Positions 37,186-48,050 are shown, counted from the first letter of the stretch. The stretch is 64,000 nucleotides of DNA from an uncultured Verrucomicrobiae bacterium (GCA_963836755.1 CAWIKF010000002.1:992001-1056000), one strand, 5' to 3'. A program made the numbers and translations. The notes: generated by a model from the sequence alone, not told the origin.

Positions 37186-38910
37186 TCAGCTTTTGCGCGT
37201 CATCCCGAGGTCTGCGGAGGCTTTGCCAAAGGTCTCTTCAAGCTGCCGCGTGCGCATGACGATCGGCTCGTAGATTTTCCGCTGCGCCGCGCAAAAAGTC
37301 TGCAGCGGCTGGAAAATCAACGTCAGCTCCTGGTAGAAAAGTGCGATCGCGTGCCGCAGATGATCCTCGACGGGCGCGAGCACTTCCTCGCGCTTGCGCG
37401 CCATCTGCGTGCGGAATTCGGCGATGATTTTGTTGCGTTTCGCAACCGCAACGCCTGCGCCGAAAAGGGCCGCGACGCCAGCGACCATGCCGGTGACATC
37501 GACGATGGCGATGTGCGCGAGCGCCGCTGCGATGGCCGCCGCGCCGCCGAGTGCCGCGATTCCGGCGGGCACGCGCAGCCATGCGGAGGCATCGCTGAAC
37601 GCCTTCGTCATCTGATCCTCGATTTGTTTGTTCGACATCTTTTCCATCAACGTCAGCGCGATTCGCTGGAGCAACGCCTCGCGCTCGCGGACAAAGTCGG
37701 GCGGGCTCGATGGCATGTGCATCTCGGTGGTGAAATTTTTCAAAAGCGATTCGTGGAGCTGTTGCCAGACGCTTTTCAAGTCGCCCTCGAGCAGCTCGAT
37801 GGAGTTCTCGATCTGCCGCTTCAAGGTGTCGTGCAGACTCTGGTCGATGCTTTCCTGGAAATCGGCGTGCCACTTTTCCTTGCGGAAGATCAGCTTCAGC
37901 GTCTGCGTCCACGTGAGCCGCTCCTGGAGCAATTCCTCGGCGCCTTTTTGCGAGCGCTCGTAGCTTTGCGAAAGCGACCACATGACGCCGCCGACCTGCC
38001 GCAGCGATTGCTCCTCGCGCTCGTCGAGGATGCGCTCGAGCTCGTGCAAACGCTCGATGTCTTTTTCCACGGTCGTGAATGCGGCCGCCGCTTTTTCGCC
38101 GAGCTCGCGCAGCACGACCTGCCCGGTCTGGCAGACGGAGCGGAGCTTCGCGAGCCGCGTCTCGCCGTGGGCGACGGTCTGGTTGATGTAATCCTCGACC
38201 TTGTCAAAGTTGCTTTCCTTCAGCATCCGTTCCTTGTCCGTCGCGTGAGTTTTTGCGAACAAGGCGTTCTTTGCCGAGACGGCGAAAACCGGCGGGCTCG
38301 TGCCGAGTTTCTCGCGAGCGGTCTGTTGTAAATGTTTGACAACCGCGTCCACTTCGGTCGCGCTGCGCAAGTCCGCCTGCTGGACGATGAAGACAACGTG
38401 CTTGAGCCATTTTTTCTGCACGAGATGGAGAAATTCCCACGCGGAGGCGGCCCACGGGTTTGTGATGGAAAAAACGAAAATCACCAGGTCGGCCATCGGC
38501 AGGAATTGCTCGGTGATGGTCTGGTGATCGGCGATGATCGTGTTCGTGCCGGGCGTGTCGACGACGTTGAAGTCGCGCAGGAAATTGCTCGGGCGGTAAC
38601 ATTCCGTGAGCTTGTCGCCGATGTTCACGTCGCGCTCCTCGCCGTATTTGAAGACGTAGATTTTGTCCGTGGCGGGCAGCACATCCACGCGGCAAAACTC
38701 GCGGCCGAAAAGCGCGTTGAGCACGCTCGATTTGCCGGCTTTGACCTCGCCCATCACGACGAAGAGAATCGGCTCGCGCAGGCTCGCATTCAGGTTCTGC
38801 AGCGTTTCGAGCGTCGCCGGTTCCGCATGCAAATCATGCGCGAGCGTCGAGAGAGAAAACAGCGCGGTGCCCAGCTGCGCGCGAAGCTGAAAGTAGTCGT
38901 CGCCGATCAT
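37186..38910 (-). CDS. Bacterial dynamin-like GTPase
   Basis: G1 GEVKAGKSS, G2 PAT, G3 DTPG, long helical stalk, C-terminal hydrophobic paddle. Confidence 0.85.
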   Translation of the reverse strand: MIGDDYFQLRAQLGTALFSLSTLAHDLHAEPATLETLQNLNASLREPILFVVMGEVKAGKSSVLNALFGREFCRVDVLPATDKIYVFKYGEERDVNIGDKLTECYRPSNFLRDFNVVDTPGTNTIIADHQTITEQFLPMADLVIFVFSITNPWAASAWEFLHLVQKKWLKHVVFIVQQADLRSATEVDAVVKHLQQTAREKLGTSPPVFAVSAKNALFAKTHATDKERMLKESNFDKVEDYINQTVAHGETRLAKLRSVCQTGQVVLRELGEKAAAAFTTVEKDIERLHELERILDEREEQSLRQVGGVMWSLSQSYERSQKGAEELLQERLTWTQTLKLIFRKEKWHADFQESIDQSLHDTLKRQIENSIELLEGDLKSVWQQLHESLLKNFTTEMHMPSSPPDFVREREALLQRIALTLMEKMSNKQIEDQMTKAFSDASAWLRVPAGIAALGGAAAIAAALAHIAIVDVTGMVAGVAALFGAGVAVAKRNKIIAEFRTQMARKREEVLAPVEDHLRHAIALFYQELTLIFQPLQTFCAAQRKIYEPIVMRTRQLEETFGKASADLGMTRKS

Positions 38911-38923
38911 CCCTCGCGCTCGT

Positions 38924-39769
38924 TCAGCGCGCCGCGTTTGCCACGGGCGAAGCCGCCGCAGATGGCGAAGCCGCGGGGACATCCGGCGTTTTTTTGTTTA
39001 CTGCGCTTCCTTTTTTCAACTCCGGCCGCGGGCCGCCTTTGTCCATCGCGATCAATTCCGAGACGGTGACGAATTTGTAACCACGCGCCAGCAGCGTGTC
39101 GAAAACTTCGGGCATCGCCGCGATCGTCGTCGCATGGATATCGTGCGACAAAATGATCGAGCCGGGGCGCACGCCGGCGAGGATGCGGCGCGCGACGGTG
39201 GCGGAGTTGCGGTCTTTCCAATCGAGCGGATCGACGTCCCACAAAATAATTTTGAACCCGAATTCCGCGTGCGCCCACTGGCGCTGTTTCGCCGTGAAGT
39301 CGCCATACGGTGGCCGCATCAGCGTCGGCGTCACACCGCCCGCCTGCGTGATGATGTCCTGCGTTTTTTGCAACTGGTTGCGCACGGCGGCCTCGGGCAT
39401 TTTCGCGAAGTCGGGATGCGTGAGCGAATGGTTGCAGACCTCGTGGCCTTCCGCGATCTCGCGCTTGACGAGTGCTGGATTGGCCGCCGCGTTTTCGCCG
39501 ATGAGGAAAAAGGTGAGCTTGATGAGTTTCTTCGCCGCGAGGTCGAGCAGGCGCGGCGTGTTCGTCGCGTGCGGTCCGTCGTCAAAAGTCATCGCGATGT
39601 AAGGCCCGTCGACATTGACTTCCGAGTAAGTGATCTTCGGCGCGGCGGCAGTTTTCGGCGCCGCAGCGCCGGCGGGATCGACCGGCGAAGCTGTGGCAGC
39701 GGGCGTTTGCGCCGGGGCGGAAGCGGCGAGCATCGCGCAGGCCGCGGAGAGAAAAAAGGTTCGAACCAT
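38924..39769 (-). CDS. Polysaccharide deacetylase (CE4/NodB family), secreted
   Basis: TFDDGP, HSLTHP, RPPYG, DPLDW, ILSHD. Confidence 0.93.
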   Translation of the reverse strand: MVRTFFLSAACAMLAASAPAQTPAATASPVDPAGAAAPKTAAAPKITYSEVNVDGPYIAMTFDDGPHATNTPRLLDLAAKKLIKLTFFLIGENAAANPALVKREIAEGHEVCNHSLTHPDFAKMPEAAVRNQLQKTQDIITQAGGVTPTLMRPPYGDFTAKQRQWAHAEFGFKIILWDVDPLDWKDRNSATVARRILAGVRPGSIILSHDIHATTIAAMPEVFDTLLARGYKFVTVSELIAMDKGGPRPELKKGSAVNKKTPDVPAASPSAAASPVANAAR

Positions 39770-39834
39770 TTTCAAAAAACTTGTGCGTGACCTTATGACG
39801 GCATCTCGCGAAATCAATGCGCGATTCGCTTTCG

Positions 39835-40701
39835 CTAGAGGAATCGCGTCAAAATTGGCGCGAGCTTTGTCGCAGTCGCCGCCGGCCAAAGCGATTTGTC
39901 GGTGACGAGCGCGCCGTCGAGCGAGCGATGCTCCGGCCAGTCCGGCGTTAGCGGAATCTGCGGAATCACGTGCGCGAGAATCTTTTTCGCCGCCGCGGCA
40001 TTCGCGAGCAAATGCGCGATAACTTTGTCGGCAGTCACCGGCTCCTCGTCGATTTTCCAGCAATCGTAATCAGTGATCATCGCCATCGTCGCCAGCGCGA
40101 TCTCAGCTTCGCGCGCGAGCTTCGCTTCGCCGAGATTCGTCATGCCGATGACGTCAAAACCGAGCCGGCGATTCGTCTCCGATTCCGCGCGCGTGGAAAA
40201 CGCCGGGCCGTCCATGTTGACGTAAGTGCCGCCGTTGTGCGCGGTGTAGCCGAGCTCTTTCGCGGCGTTAAACAAAAGTTGACGCAAGTTTTTGCTGATC
40301 GGATCGGCGAAACCAACGTGCGCCGCGATTCCCTCGCCAAAAAAAGTGTGCGTCGCGCGCTGGCTCGTCCGGTCAAAAAATTGATCCGGCAGCAAAATGT
40401 GGCGCGGCTCGTAGGCGGCCTGCAAACTGCCAACCGCGGTCACGCAAATGATCCAGCGCACGCCGAGCGAGCGGAGCGCCCAGATATTCGCGCGATGATT
40501 TAACTCATGCGGCAGGATGCGATGTCCGCGCCCGTGCCGCGGCAAAAACCAAACCTGCCGCCCCTCGATTTTGCCGCCGAAGATTTTGTCCGAAGGCGCG
40601 CCGAATGGCGTCTCGACTTCGTGCTCGATGGGGTCGGTCAATCCCTCGATTTGATAAAGTCCGCTGCCGCCGATGATGCCGATGCCGGGCTCGTCCGTCA
40701 T
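39835..40701 (-). CDS. mtnP: S-methyl-5'-thioadenosine phosphorylase
   Basis: GIIGGSGLY, RHGRGH, GPAFSTRAES, IGMT, TDYDCW. Confidence 0.95.
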   Translation of the reverse strand: MTDEPGIGIIGGSGLYQIEGLTDPIEHEVETPFGAPSDKIFGGKIEGRQVWFLPRHGRGHRILPHELNHRANIWALRSLGVRWIICVTAVGSLQAAYEPRHILLPDQFFDRTSQRATHTFFGEGIAAHVGFADPISKNLRQLLFNAAKELGYTAHNGGTYVNMDGPAFSTRAESETNRRLGFDVIGMTNLGEAKLAREAEIALATMAMITDYDCWKIDEEPVTADKVIAHLLANAAAAKKILAHVIPQIPLTPDWPEHRSLDGALVTDKSLWPAATATKLAPILTRFL

Positions 40702-40804
40702 TGCCGCGGCGCGATTAAAGGTGGGGAAAATTGCGCGTGAAAGTTCATGCGTTCGCGCACGCCATTAAACGAAGCGCGCGGCGAGGGGAAGCGAAAGATG
40801 CGCG

Positions 40805-41695
40805 TCAAAAATCGTCGAGCGGATGGTGCAGCAGCGCGATGAATTCCTTTTGCGCGGATGTGCGCGGATGATTGCGCCTGCTCAGGATGCCGAGCGGCCG
40901 CCGCATTTCCGGCTTCGAAATTTCCACCGCGGCGAGCGTGCCGCTTTTAACTTCCTGCAGAATCGTGTTTTCAGGGACAATCGAGACGCCGTTTTCGATT
41001 TCGACCGCGCGCTTGACCGTCTCGATGTTGTCAAACTCGATCGCCTGCACAATCGAAACGCCCTCCGCCCGAAAGTGCTTGTCGAGCACTTTGCGCGTCG
41101 GCAGGTCGGGCTCAAATGCGATGAATTTTTCGCCCTCGAGCTCGCAAAGTTCGATCCGTTTGCGCGCAGCGAGCCGATGGCCCGGATGGCAGATGAGCAC
41201 GAGCCGATCGGTGAGAAATTCCTCGCATTGCACGCCGTGCCGCTTCGATGGATACGAGACGAGGCCGAGGTCGACTTCGCCCGAAAGGACGAGGCCGTAG
41301 ATTTCCCACGAGCGCCGATACTCGATCCGCACCGCGACGTTCGGGTGCAGCGCGCGAAACATTTTCAAATACGGCGGCAGCTCGTGCAGTCCGATGCTGT
41401 AAATGACCGCGATCTTCAAGTCGCCGGCGACAATGTTTTGCAGTTCGTTCAGCCGCGAGGCGAGGTGCTCGTAGATGCCGTTAATCTCGCGCGCTGCCGC
41501 GAGAAACGCGTCGCCTTCCTGCGTCAGCGCGAAGTTGCGCGGGCCGCGTTCGATCAGCTTCACGGCGAACTTTTTTTCGAGCGCCATGATCTGCTGGCTG
41601 ACGGCGCTTTGCGTGATGCGATTTAATTTCGCAGCTTGTGAAAAACTGCCGGTCTCGGCGAGGTCGCAGAAAATTTTAAACGTTTCGATTTGCAC
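40805..41695 (-). CDS. LysR family transcriptional regulator
   Basis: HTH GSFSQAAKLNRITQSAVSQQI; GTG start. Confidence 0.92.
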   Translation of the reverse strand: MQIETFKIFCDLAETGSFSQAAKLNRITQSAVSQQIMALEKKFAVKLIERGPRNFALTQEGDAFLAAAREINGIYEHLASRLNELQNIVAGDLKIAVIYSIGLHELPPYLKMFRALHPNVAVRIEYRRSWEIYGLVLSGEVDLGLVSYPSKRHGVQCEEFLTDRLVLICHPGHRLAARKRIELCELEGEKFIAFEPDLPTRKVLDKHFRAEGVSIVQAIEFDNIETVKRAVEIENGVSIVPENTILQEVKSGTLAAVEISKPEMRRPLGILSRRNHPRTSAQKEFIALLHHPLDDF

Positions 41696-41728
41696 GCGGC
41701 GGCGGGAAAATGCGTGATCGTTTCGCGC

Positions 41729-42436
41729 ATGGACATCATTTCGCACCGGCTCGATGAAGTGAATGGAAAAATCGCAAACGCCGCTGCGAAGTCGGGCCGG
41801 CGGGCTGATGAAATCGAACTCGTCGCCGTTTCCAAGACACATCCGCCGGAGGCGATTCACGAGGCGCTCGATGCGGGCCAGACGCTTTTTGGCGAGAGCC
41901 GCGTGCAGGAGGCGCGTGCGAAAATTCCGCTGCTGCCGGGCCGCGCGCGGTGGCATTTCATCGGACATTTGCAGAAAAATAAAATCCGCCACGCGCTCCC
42001 GCTTTTCGAACTTTTTCACGGCATCGATTCGATCGAGCTCGCGCGGGATTTGCAGCGAATCGCGGACGAAGCCGGCGCGCGGCCGCGCATTTTGCTGGAA
42101 GTAAATGTCGCGGGCGAAGCGTCAAAGTTCGGCTTCAAACCGGAGACGCTCCGCACGCAAATCGAGGAGCTGGTCGCACTCGATCGGCTGGAAATCGAAG
42201 GGCTGATGACGATCGCGCCGTTCGCGCCGGAGCCGGAAAATTCGCGTCGATATTTCGCGGCGTTGCGCGAGCTGCGCGATGATTTGAAAGTCCAGATCGC
42301 GCTGCCGCAGCTCTCGATGGGAATGAGCGGCGACTACGCGGTTGCCGTCGAGGAAGGCGCGACGCTTGTGCGCGTGGGCACGGCGATTTTTGGCAAGCGC
42401 AGCGGGAAAAATTTTCGCGCAGCCGATGCGCCTTGA
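41729..42436 (+). CDS. yggS: YggS family PLP homeostasis protein
   Basis: LVAVSKT, WHFIGHLQKNK, LSMGMSGDY..A..EGAT.VRVGT.IFG. Confidence 0.95.
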   Translation: MDIISHRLDEVNGKIANAAAKSGRRADEIELVAVSKTHPPEAIHEALDAGQTLFGESRVQEARAKIPLLPGRARWHFIGHLQKNKIRHALPLFELFHGIDSIELARDLQRIADEAGARPRILLEVNVAGEASKFGFKPETLRTQIEELVALDRLEIEGLMTIAPFAPEPENSRRYFAALRELRDDLKVQIALPQLSMGMSGDYAVAVEEGATLVRVGTAIFGKRSGKNFRAADAP

Positions 42437-42472
42437 ATTGCCGCGTTCGCTTTTTTCTGATAGCGCAACTGC

Positions 42473-43411
42473 ATGAACTTTTCTCACGTGACGCGGCGCG
42501 AGGCAGTTCGGCGGATGCTGCTTTTCAGCGCGGGGCTCGCGACTCCGGGAATGTTTGCGCGCGCGGCGGAGAAAAGTGGGGACGGCGCGCTGCATCTTTT
42601 TTTCATCGGCGACTGGGGCACCGGCGATGCGAGTCAAAAGTCGGTCGCGGCCGCGATGCAAACTTACGCGCGGGCGAGCGGTGTCACGCCGCATGCGCTA
42701 TTCATGCTCGGCGACAATTTTTATGGCGCGCTGAGCGGGCCGGATTCGCCGCGCTGGAAAAACGAATTTGAGGAAATGTATCCCGCGTCCGTTTTTCCCG
42801 GCGCGTGTCACGCGCTGCTCGGCAATCACGATTACGATGACCAGCCCGGTGGCGAGCTTTTCCAACTCGCGTATGCGCGCAAGGCCGGCACGCGCTGGCG
42901 GATGCCCGCGCGATGGTATCGGCTCGATTTGCCGGAGGAAAAACCGGTCGCGACTTTTCTCTGCACCGACACGCATTTTGCGAAGCTCAGCCGCAAGGAA
43001 ATCGCGGCGCAGGCGGCGTGGTTGAAGGCTGAGTTTGCGCGGGCGCGCACGACGCCGTGGATCTTTGTTTGCGGCCATCATCCGGTTTACAGCGTCGGCA
43101 CGGAGCACGGAAACACGCCGGAGCTCAGTCCCTGGCGCGAACTTTTTCCGCGCGAAAAAGTTGCCGCTTATATTTGCGGCCACGAGCACGATCTCCAGCA
43201 TTTGCGGAACAGCGACGACTCAACCGATTGGTTCATCTCGGGCGCGGGCGGTCGCGCGTTGTATCCGGTCAAAGCCGGCACGCACGCGAGCTTCGCGCAA
43301 TCGGCTTTCGGTTTTCTCCACATGGCGGTCGGCGCACGGAGTTTCGAGGCGAAATTCATCGGGCAAAACGCGGACGCACTTTACCAGTATGAGCGCAAGG
43401 CTGTCGCGTAG
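42473..43411 (+). CDS. Tat-exported metallophosphoesterase (purple acid phosphatase-like)
   Basis: Twin-Arg-like signal; GDWG, GDNFY, GNHD, GHHP, GHEH. Confidence 0.9.
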   Translation: MNFSHVTRREAVRRMLLFSAGLATPGMFARAAEKSGDGALHLFFIGDWGTGDASQKSVAAAMQTYARASGVTPHALFMLGDNFYGALSGPDSPRWKNEFEEMYPASVFPGACHALLGNHDYDDQPGGELFQLAYARKAGTRWRMPARWYRLDLPEEKPVATFLCTDTHFAKLSRKEIAAQAAWLKAEFARARTTPWIFVCGHHPVYSVGTEHGNTPELSPWRELFPREKVAAYICGHEHDLQHLRNSDDSTDWFISGAGGRALYPVKAGTHASFAQSAFGFLHMAVGARSFEAKFIGQNADALYQYERKAVA

Positions 43412-43460
43412 TGCGCGGAAAAACCGCGCGTCACGGGCGCGGGCTGCGTTATAATTTCCA

Positions 43461-45080
43461 ATGGATGCTGAAATGCCGGCGACAACGGATTCGTATCTCG
43501 ACGAACACACCGTCCGCTCGTGGCTTTTGACGACGGATCACAAGCGGATCGGCATCCTGTATTTGCTGACGATTCTCGTCTTTTTTTTCATCGCGAGCGT
43601 GGCCGCGGCGATCATGCGGCTCGAACTGCTGACGCCGCAGGGCGACCTCGTCACGAGCGAGACTTACAACAAACTTTTCACGCTGCACGGGACGCTGATG
43701 GTCTGGTTTTTTTTGATTCCGGCAGTGCCAAATGTGCTCGGAAATTTCGTGCTGCCGATGATGCTCGGCGCGCGCGACGTCGCATTCCCGCGACTCAATT
43801 TACTGAGCTGGTATATTTTCCTCGGCGGCGGTTCGCTGGCGCTCTGGTCGCTGATTCATGGTGGCGTCGACACCGGCTGGACTTTCTACACGCCTTACAG
43901 CTCGACCTATGCGAACTCGCACGTGATCTCGATGGCGGCGGGGATTTTCATCTCGGGATTCGCATCGATTTTGACCGGACTGAATTTCATCGTGACCATC
44001 CACAAGATGCGTGCGCCGGGTTTGACGTGGTTTAAACTTCCGCTGTTTGTCTGGTCGCTCTACGCAACGAGCCTCATCATGGTCCTCGCGACGCCGGTGC
44101 TCGCGATCACGCTCGCGCTGATGTGCGTGGAACGGGTCTGGGGCGTCGGCATTTTCGACCCGAAAATCGGCGGCGATCCGATTTTATTCCAGCATCTGTT
44201 TTGGTTTTATTCGCACCCGGCGGTTTACATCATGATCCTGCCGGGAATGGGCATCATCAGCGAAGTCATCACCTGCTTCGCGCGCAAAAAAGTTTTCGGC
44301 TACGGCTTCATCGCGGCTGCGAGCATGGCAATCGCAATCCTCGGGTTTTTGGTCTGGGGCCATCACATGTTTGTAAGCAGCCAATCGATTTATGCCGGCA
44401 TGGTCTTTTCGATTTTGAGCTACCTCGTCTCGATCCCGTCCGCGATCAAAGTCTTCAACTGGACGGCGACTTTATATAAAGGCTCGATCACTTTCGGAAC
44501 GCCGATGTTATACGCGCTCGGCTTCATCGGGCTGTTCACGATCGGCGGGCTGACCGGACTTTTCCTCGCGGCGCTCGGCATCGATGTGCATGTGACTGAC
44601 ACCTATTTTGTGGTCGCGCATTTTCATTACATCATGGTCGGCGGAATGGTGATGGCGTTCATGGGCGGGCTGCACTTTTGGTGGCCGAAAATCACCGGCC
44701 GCATGTATCCGGAGTTTGCAGGGAAGCTCTCGGCGATGATCACGTTCATCGGATTCAACCTGACTTTCTTTCCACAGTTCATTCTCGGCTATCTCGGAAT
44801 GCCGCGGCGCTATCACGCGTATCCGCCGGAGTTTCAATTTTTTCACATCATCTCGACGGCCGGCGCATCGATCCTCGGCGTCGGCTATCTGCTGCCGTTC
44901 TGTTATTTTTGGTGGTCCTTAAAATGGGGACGTCGCGCGAGCGGCAATCCGTGGAAGGCCACGGGCCTCGAATGGCAGACGCCATCGCCGCCGCCGAAGC
45001 ATAATTTTGCCGAAACGCCGGTCGTGACGAGCGGGCCGTATAATTACGACCCGAACGAGGAAACGTTGATGCCAGCTTGA
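43461..45080 (+). CDS. ctaD: Cytochrome c oxidase subunit I (A2-type)
   Basis: [23 protein letters not shown] (A2 YS motif), WGHH, AHFHY, GMPRR. Confidence 0.96.
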   Translation: MDAEMPATTDSYLDEHTVRSWLLTTDHKRIGILYLLTILVFFFIASVAAAIMRLELLTPQGDLVTSETYNKLFTLHGTLMVWFFLIPAVPNVLGNFVLPMMLGARDVAFPRLNLLSWYIFLGGGSLALWSLIHGGVDTGWTFYTPYSSTYANSHVISMAAGIFISGFASILTGLNFIVTIHKMRAPGLTWFKLPLFVWSLYATSLIMVLATPVLAITLALMCVERVWGVGIFDPKIGGDPILFQHLFWFYSHPAVYIMILPGMGIISEVITCFARKKVFGYGFIAAASMAIAILGFLVWGHHMFVSSQSIYAGMVFSILSYLVSIPSAIKVFNWTATLYKGSITFGTPMLYALGFIGLFTIGGLTGLFLAALGIDVHVTDTYFVVAHFHYIMVGGMVMAFMGGLHFWWPKITGRMYPEFAGKLSAMITFIGFNLTFFPQFILGYLGMPRRYHAYPPEFQFFHIISTAGASILGVGYLLPFCYFWWSLKWGRRASGNPWKATGLEWQTPSPPPKHNFAETPVVTSGPYNYDPNEETLMPA

Positions 45081-45083
45081 TTT

Positions 45084-45731
45084 ATGGAGCGTGCCGAAGC
45101 TCTCGCAGAGCAGTTTAACGACATCGAGCAGCAGCATTCCGCTGACCTGCTGGGCATGTGGATTTTTCTCGCGACGGAAGTGATGTTCTTCGGCGGGTTG
45201 CTGCTCGGCTACATCGTCTACCGATATTCTTTTCCGACAATTTTCGAGCACGCGAGCCATCATCTCGACGTGCTCGCGGGCACTGCCGACACGGCGATTT
45301 TGCTCACGAGCAGCCTCACGATGGCGCTCGGCGTGCGCGCGCTGCGAGTGGGCCAGCGTCAGTTGACAGTCGCGCTGCTGCTCGCGACCGCCGCGCTCGG
45401 CGTCGCATTTCTGGTGCTGCACGGATTCGAATATCACAACGAATGGAAGGAGCATCTCGTTCCCGGCCCGCGTTTCAACATGCACGGCGCCGACCCGCAA
45501 AAGGCGCAAATGTTTTTCTGGCTCTACTTTGCCACCACTGGGCTGCACAGCCTTCACGTCATCATCGGCGTGCTGCTGATGCTCACGCTGACCGTTCTGG
45601 TTTGTTTAAAAAAAGTCGACGCGGAGCGATTCATGGCCGTCGAGATCGGCGGGCTTTACTGGCACTTTGTCGACATCGTCTGGGTCTTTCTTTTCCCGCT
45701 CTATTATCTCGCCGGAACCGCGACGAAATGA
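45084..45731 (+). CDS. ctaE: Cytochrome c oxidase subunit III
   Basis: GMWIFLATEVMFFGG, TGLH.LHV, GLYWHFVDIVW. Confidence 0.95.
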   Translation: MERAEALAEQFNDIEQQHSADLLGMWIFLATEVMFFGGLLLGYIVYRYSFPTIFEHASHHLDVLAGTADTAILLTSSLTMALGVRALRVGQRQLTVALLLATAALGVAFLVLHGFEYHNEWKEHLVPGPRFNMHGADPQKAQMFFWLYFATTGLHSLHVIIGVLLMLTLTVLVCLKKVDAERFMAVEIGGLYWHFVDIVWVFLFPLYYLAGTATK

Positions 45732-46027
45732 CGACCGCGATCCTTCCCACGCGCATTTATTTGAAGACGTTCGGCGCGCTGCTCGCGCTGCTGCTGCTCA
45801 CCGTCGGCGCGGCATGCGTGAACCTTGGCCCGCTGAATCTTGGCATCGCTCTCGCCATTTCCATCGCGAAAACATTGTTGATCGTTTTGTTTTTCATGCA
45901 CATGCGCGGCGGCGGTAAATTGCTGCATCTCGCGGCGTTTGCGGGCGTGCTTTGGTTTGGCATCATGATCGCGCTGACGCTTTGCGATTATACATCGCGA
46001 AGCTGGGTGCCGCTGACGCATCGCTGA
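45728..46027 (+). CDS. ctaF: Cytochrome c oxidase subunit IV family
   Basis: LL.LT...K.LLIVLFFMH motif; ATGA overlap with ctaE. Confidence 0.88.
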   Translation: MTTAILPTRIYLKTFGALLALLLLTVGAACVNLGPLNLGIALAISIAKTLLIVLFFMHMRGGGKLLHLAAFAGVLWFGIMIALTLCDYTSRSWVPLTHR

Positions 46028-46097
46028 GCGCGGCGCGCCCATCCGAGCCGCGGCGCGCGCACGAAATGCTGCTGCCGTCCTGAGTTTTCGCAGCATT

Positions 46098-46979
46098 ATG
46101 AAACCCACTACCATTGCTCAATTCTTCGCGCGTCAAAGTTGGCTCGAGCCGCTCGAGCACGCGCTCTCCGCAGTCGCCTCAGTCACGTTGAAACCGGCCG
46201 GGCAGAGCGTCCGAAATTTCCTGCACGGCACATGGTTTGGCCATCCGCTCCACCCGGCGCTGATCGATGTGCCGCTCGGCGCGTGGAGCGTGACGACGCT
46301 GCTCGATCTTTATGAATGGAGCAGCGATGACACTTCGCTCGCGCGCGGCGCGGACGCGGCGCTCGGCATCGGCCTCGTCGCCAGCCTCGGCGCGGCCGCA
46401 AGCGGATTGAACGACTGGAAGGATACCGACAAGCCCGCGCGCCGCATCGGCGCATTGCATGGCATGCTCAATCTCACCGCGATGGGACTTTATTTCACTT
46501 CCTGGTTGAAACGCAAAAGCGTCGACTGCGATGACCGCGACACCGCGCTTGGCCTTAGCTTCGGCGCGTGGCTGCTCGCGATGTGCGCCGCATATCTCGG
46601 CGGCCATCTTGTTTACGGCGAGCGCATCGGCGTCGATCACGGCGAGCGCGAACCGGTGGCAAATTTCACGCCAGTCATGCCGGAAAAAGATCTCGGTGAG
46701 AACGAACCGCGCCGCGTGCGGGCAAATGGCGTCGACATTTTAATCGTGCGCCGCCTCGGCAAAATCTTCGCAATCGGCGAAAAGTGCGCACATCTCGGCG
46801 GCCCGCTTTCTGAGGGAAAATTTGAGCGCGACACCGTCACCTGTCCGTGGCACGGCTCGCAATTTTCATTGGCCAACGGAGCGGTGCTCAATGGCCCGGC
46901 GGTCTTTGGCCAGCCTTGTTTTGAAACGCGCGTGCATGAGGGAAATATCGAGGTCCGCTCGCGAAAAACAGAAGCCTGA
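46098..46979 (+). CDS. DUF2231 membrane domain + Rieske [2Fe-2S] fusion
   Basis: GHPLHP..DVPLGAW, HG..N, YLGGHLVY; CAHLGGPL...CPWHGSQF. Confidence 0.88.
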   Translation: MKPTTIAQFFARQSWLEPLEHALSAVASVTLKPAGQSVRNFLHGTWFGHPLHPALIDVPLGAWSVTTLLDLYEWSSDDTSLARGADAALGIGLVASLGAAASGLNDWKDTDKPARRIGALHGMLNLTAMGLYFTSWLKRKSVDCDDRDTALGLSFGAWLLAMCAAYLGGHLVYGERIGVDHGEREPVANFTPVMPEKDLGENEPRRVRANGVDILIVRRLGKIFAIGEKCAHLGGPLSEGKFERDTVTCPWHGSQFSLANGAVLNGPAVFGQPCFETRVHEGNIEVRSRKTEA

Positions 46980-47029
46980 GGCTTGCCTCGGACGTCAGCC
47001 CGGCAGATGCTTCCTCGCAAAGGAGAGAC

Positions 47030-47224
47030 ATGAAAAGCGTAACTTTGAAACTGCCGCAAATCGCCCTGATCGCCGGCACGCGCGCGCTGCTTGGCGCAGG
47101 CATCGCTTTGCTGCTCGCGGATAAATTGGAGAAGGACGAACGCCGCATCGTCGGCTTCATCCTCACAGGCATCGGCGTTCTCAGCACCATCCCGCTCGCC
47201 GCAGAGATTTTTGACGAGCTTTAA
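47030..47224 (+). CDS. Small two-TM membrane protein
   Basis: Strong RBS AAGGAGAG; two hydrophobic helices. Confidence 0.7.
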   Translation: MKSVTLKLPQIALIAGTRALLGAGIALLLADKLEKDERRIVGFILTGIGVLSTIPLAAEIFDEL

Positions 47225-47268
47225 CGCCTCATTGACCGGCGGCGGCGCGGAATTTAAGCTGCCTGACG

Positions 47269-47589
47269 ATGCGTCTTGCCCCGGCAAACATCCAGGTCAT
47301 CGGCGACGAGCTTGCGGTCGCGTGGAATGATGGGACCGAAAGTTTTTTAAAACTTGAAAACATCCGCCGCGCCTGTCCCTGCGCCGGTTGCAGCGGAGAG
47401 CCGGATGTGCTCGGGCACGTGGCCGCGCCGGAGTTGTCGCACACGCCCGGCAGTTTTCGCCTGCGCAGTTTTCAATTTGTCGGCGGCTACGCGTGGCAGC
47501 CGACGTGGGAGGATGGGCACGCGACGGGGCTTTACGCGTTTCCGTATTTGCAGCGGCTCGCCGCAGAGACACTTGAGGAAAAGCGATGA
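47269..47589 (+). CDS. DUF971/GBBH-like N-terminal Zn-binding domain protein
   Basis: WNDG...RRACPCAGC...VGGYA....W.DGH.TGLY. Confidence 0.88.
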   Translation: MRLAPANIQVIGDELAVAWNDGTESFLKLENIRRACPCAGCSGEPDVLGHVAAPELSHTPGSFRLRSFQFVGGYAWQPTWEDGHATGLYAFPYLQRLAAETLEEKR

Positions 47590-48047
47590 AGCAGCGCGGC
47601 AAAGTTTTCCTCATGGTCTTTTGTTTCGCCGTGTGCGCGACGGCCGCCGTGCTGAATCATCGCTGGCAAACGCCCGCCGATCGCGTGCGGCCGGCGGAAC
47701 TTTACTCGATCGTCAACAGCCAGCTCGCCGCATTTCGCGAAGCCGATTTTGTGCGCGCGTATGACGCGGCATCGAGCGGTATCCAACAAAAGTTTAACGT
47801 CCGTCAATTCACTGAGATGATTCAGGCGGACTACGCGAGGATGGTTCGCGCGGATCGGGTCGAGTTTGGCTTCGTTGAAACCGAAGGCCGGCGCGCGATC
47901 ATCCAGGTTTTTTTCATCGATAAAATCGGGCAGGTGACCCCGTGCCTTTACACGTTGGTGAACGAAGGCGAGACGTGGAAAATCGACGGCGCGCGCCTGC
48001 TGCGCCGCTGGCCAGCCGAGGCGCGGCTCGGCGGAATCTGGAGCTGA
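47586..48047 (+). CDS. DUF4864-like exported protein
   Basis: QLAAFR..D...AY..AS..IQ......F..MI..DY...W.IDG. Confidence 0.75.
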   Translation: MKQRGKVFLMVFCFAVCATAAVLNHRWQTPADRVRPAELYSIVNSQLAAFREADFVRAYDAASSGIQQKFNVRQFTEMIQADYARMVRADRVEFGFVETEGRRAIIQVFFIDKIGQVTPCLYTLVNEGETWKIDGARLLRRWPAEARLGGIWS

Positions 48048-48050
48048 TTT

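Noticed and set aside
37186..38910. Dynamin-like gene as an anti-phage system
   Set aside because: It is a single gene in a housekeeping run (mtnP-deacetylase) with no partner defence genes visible.
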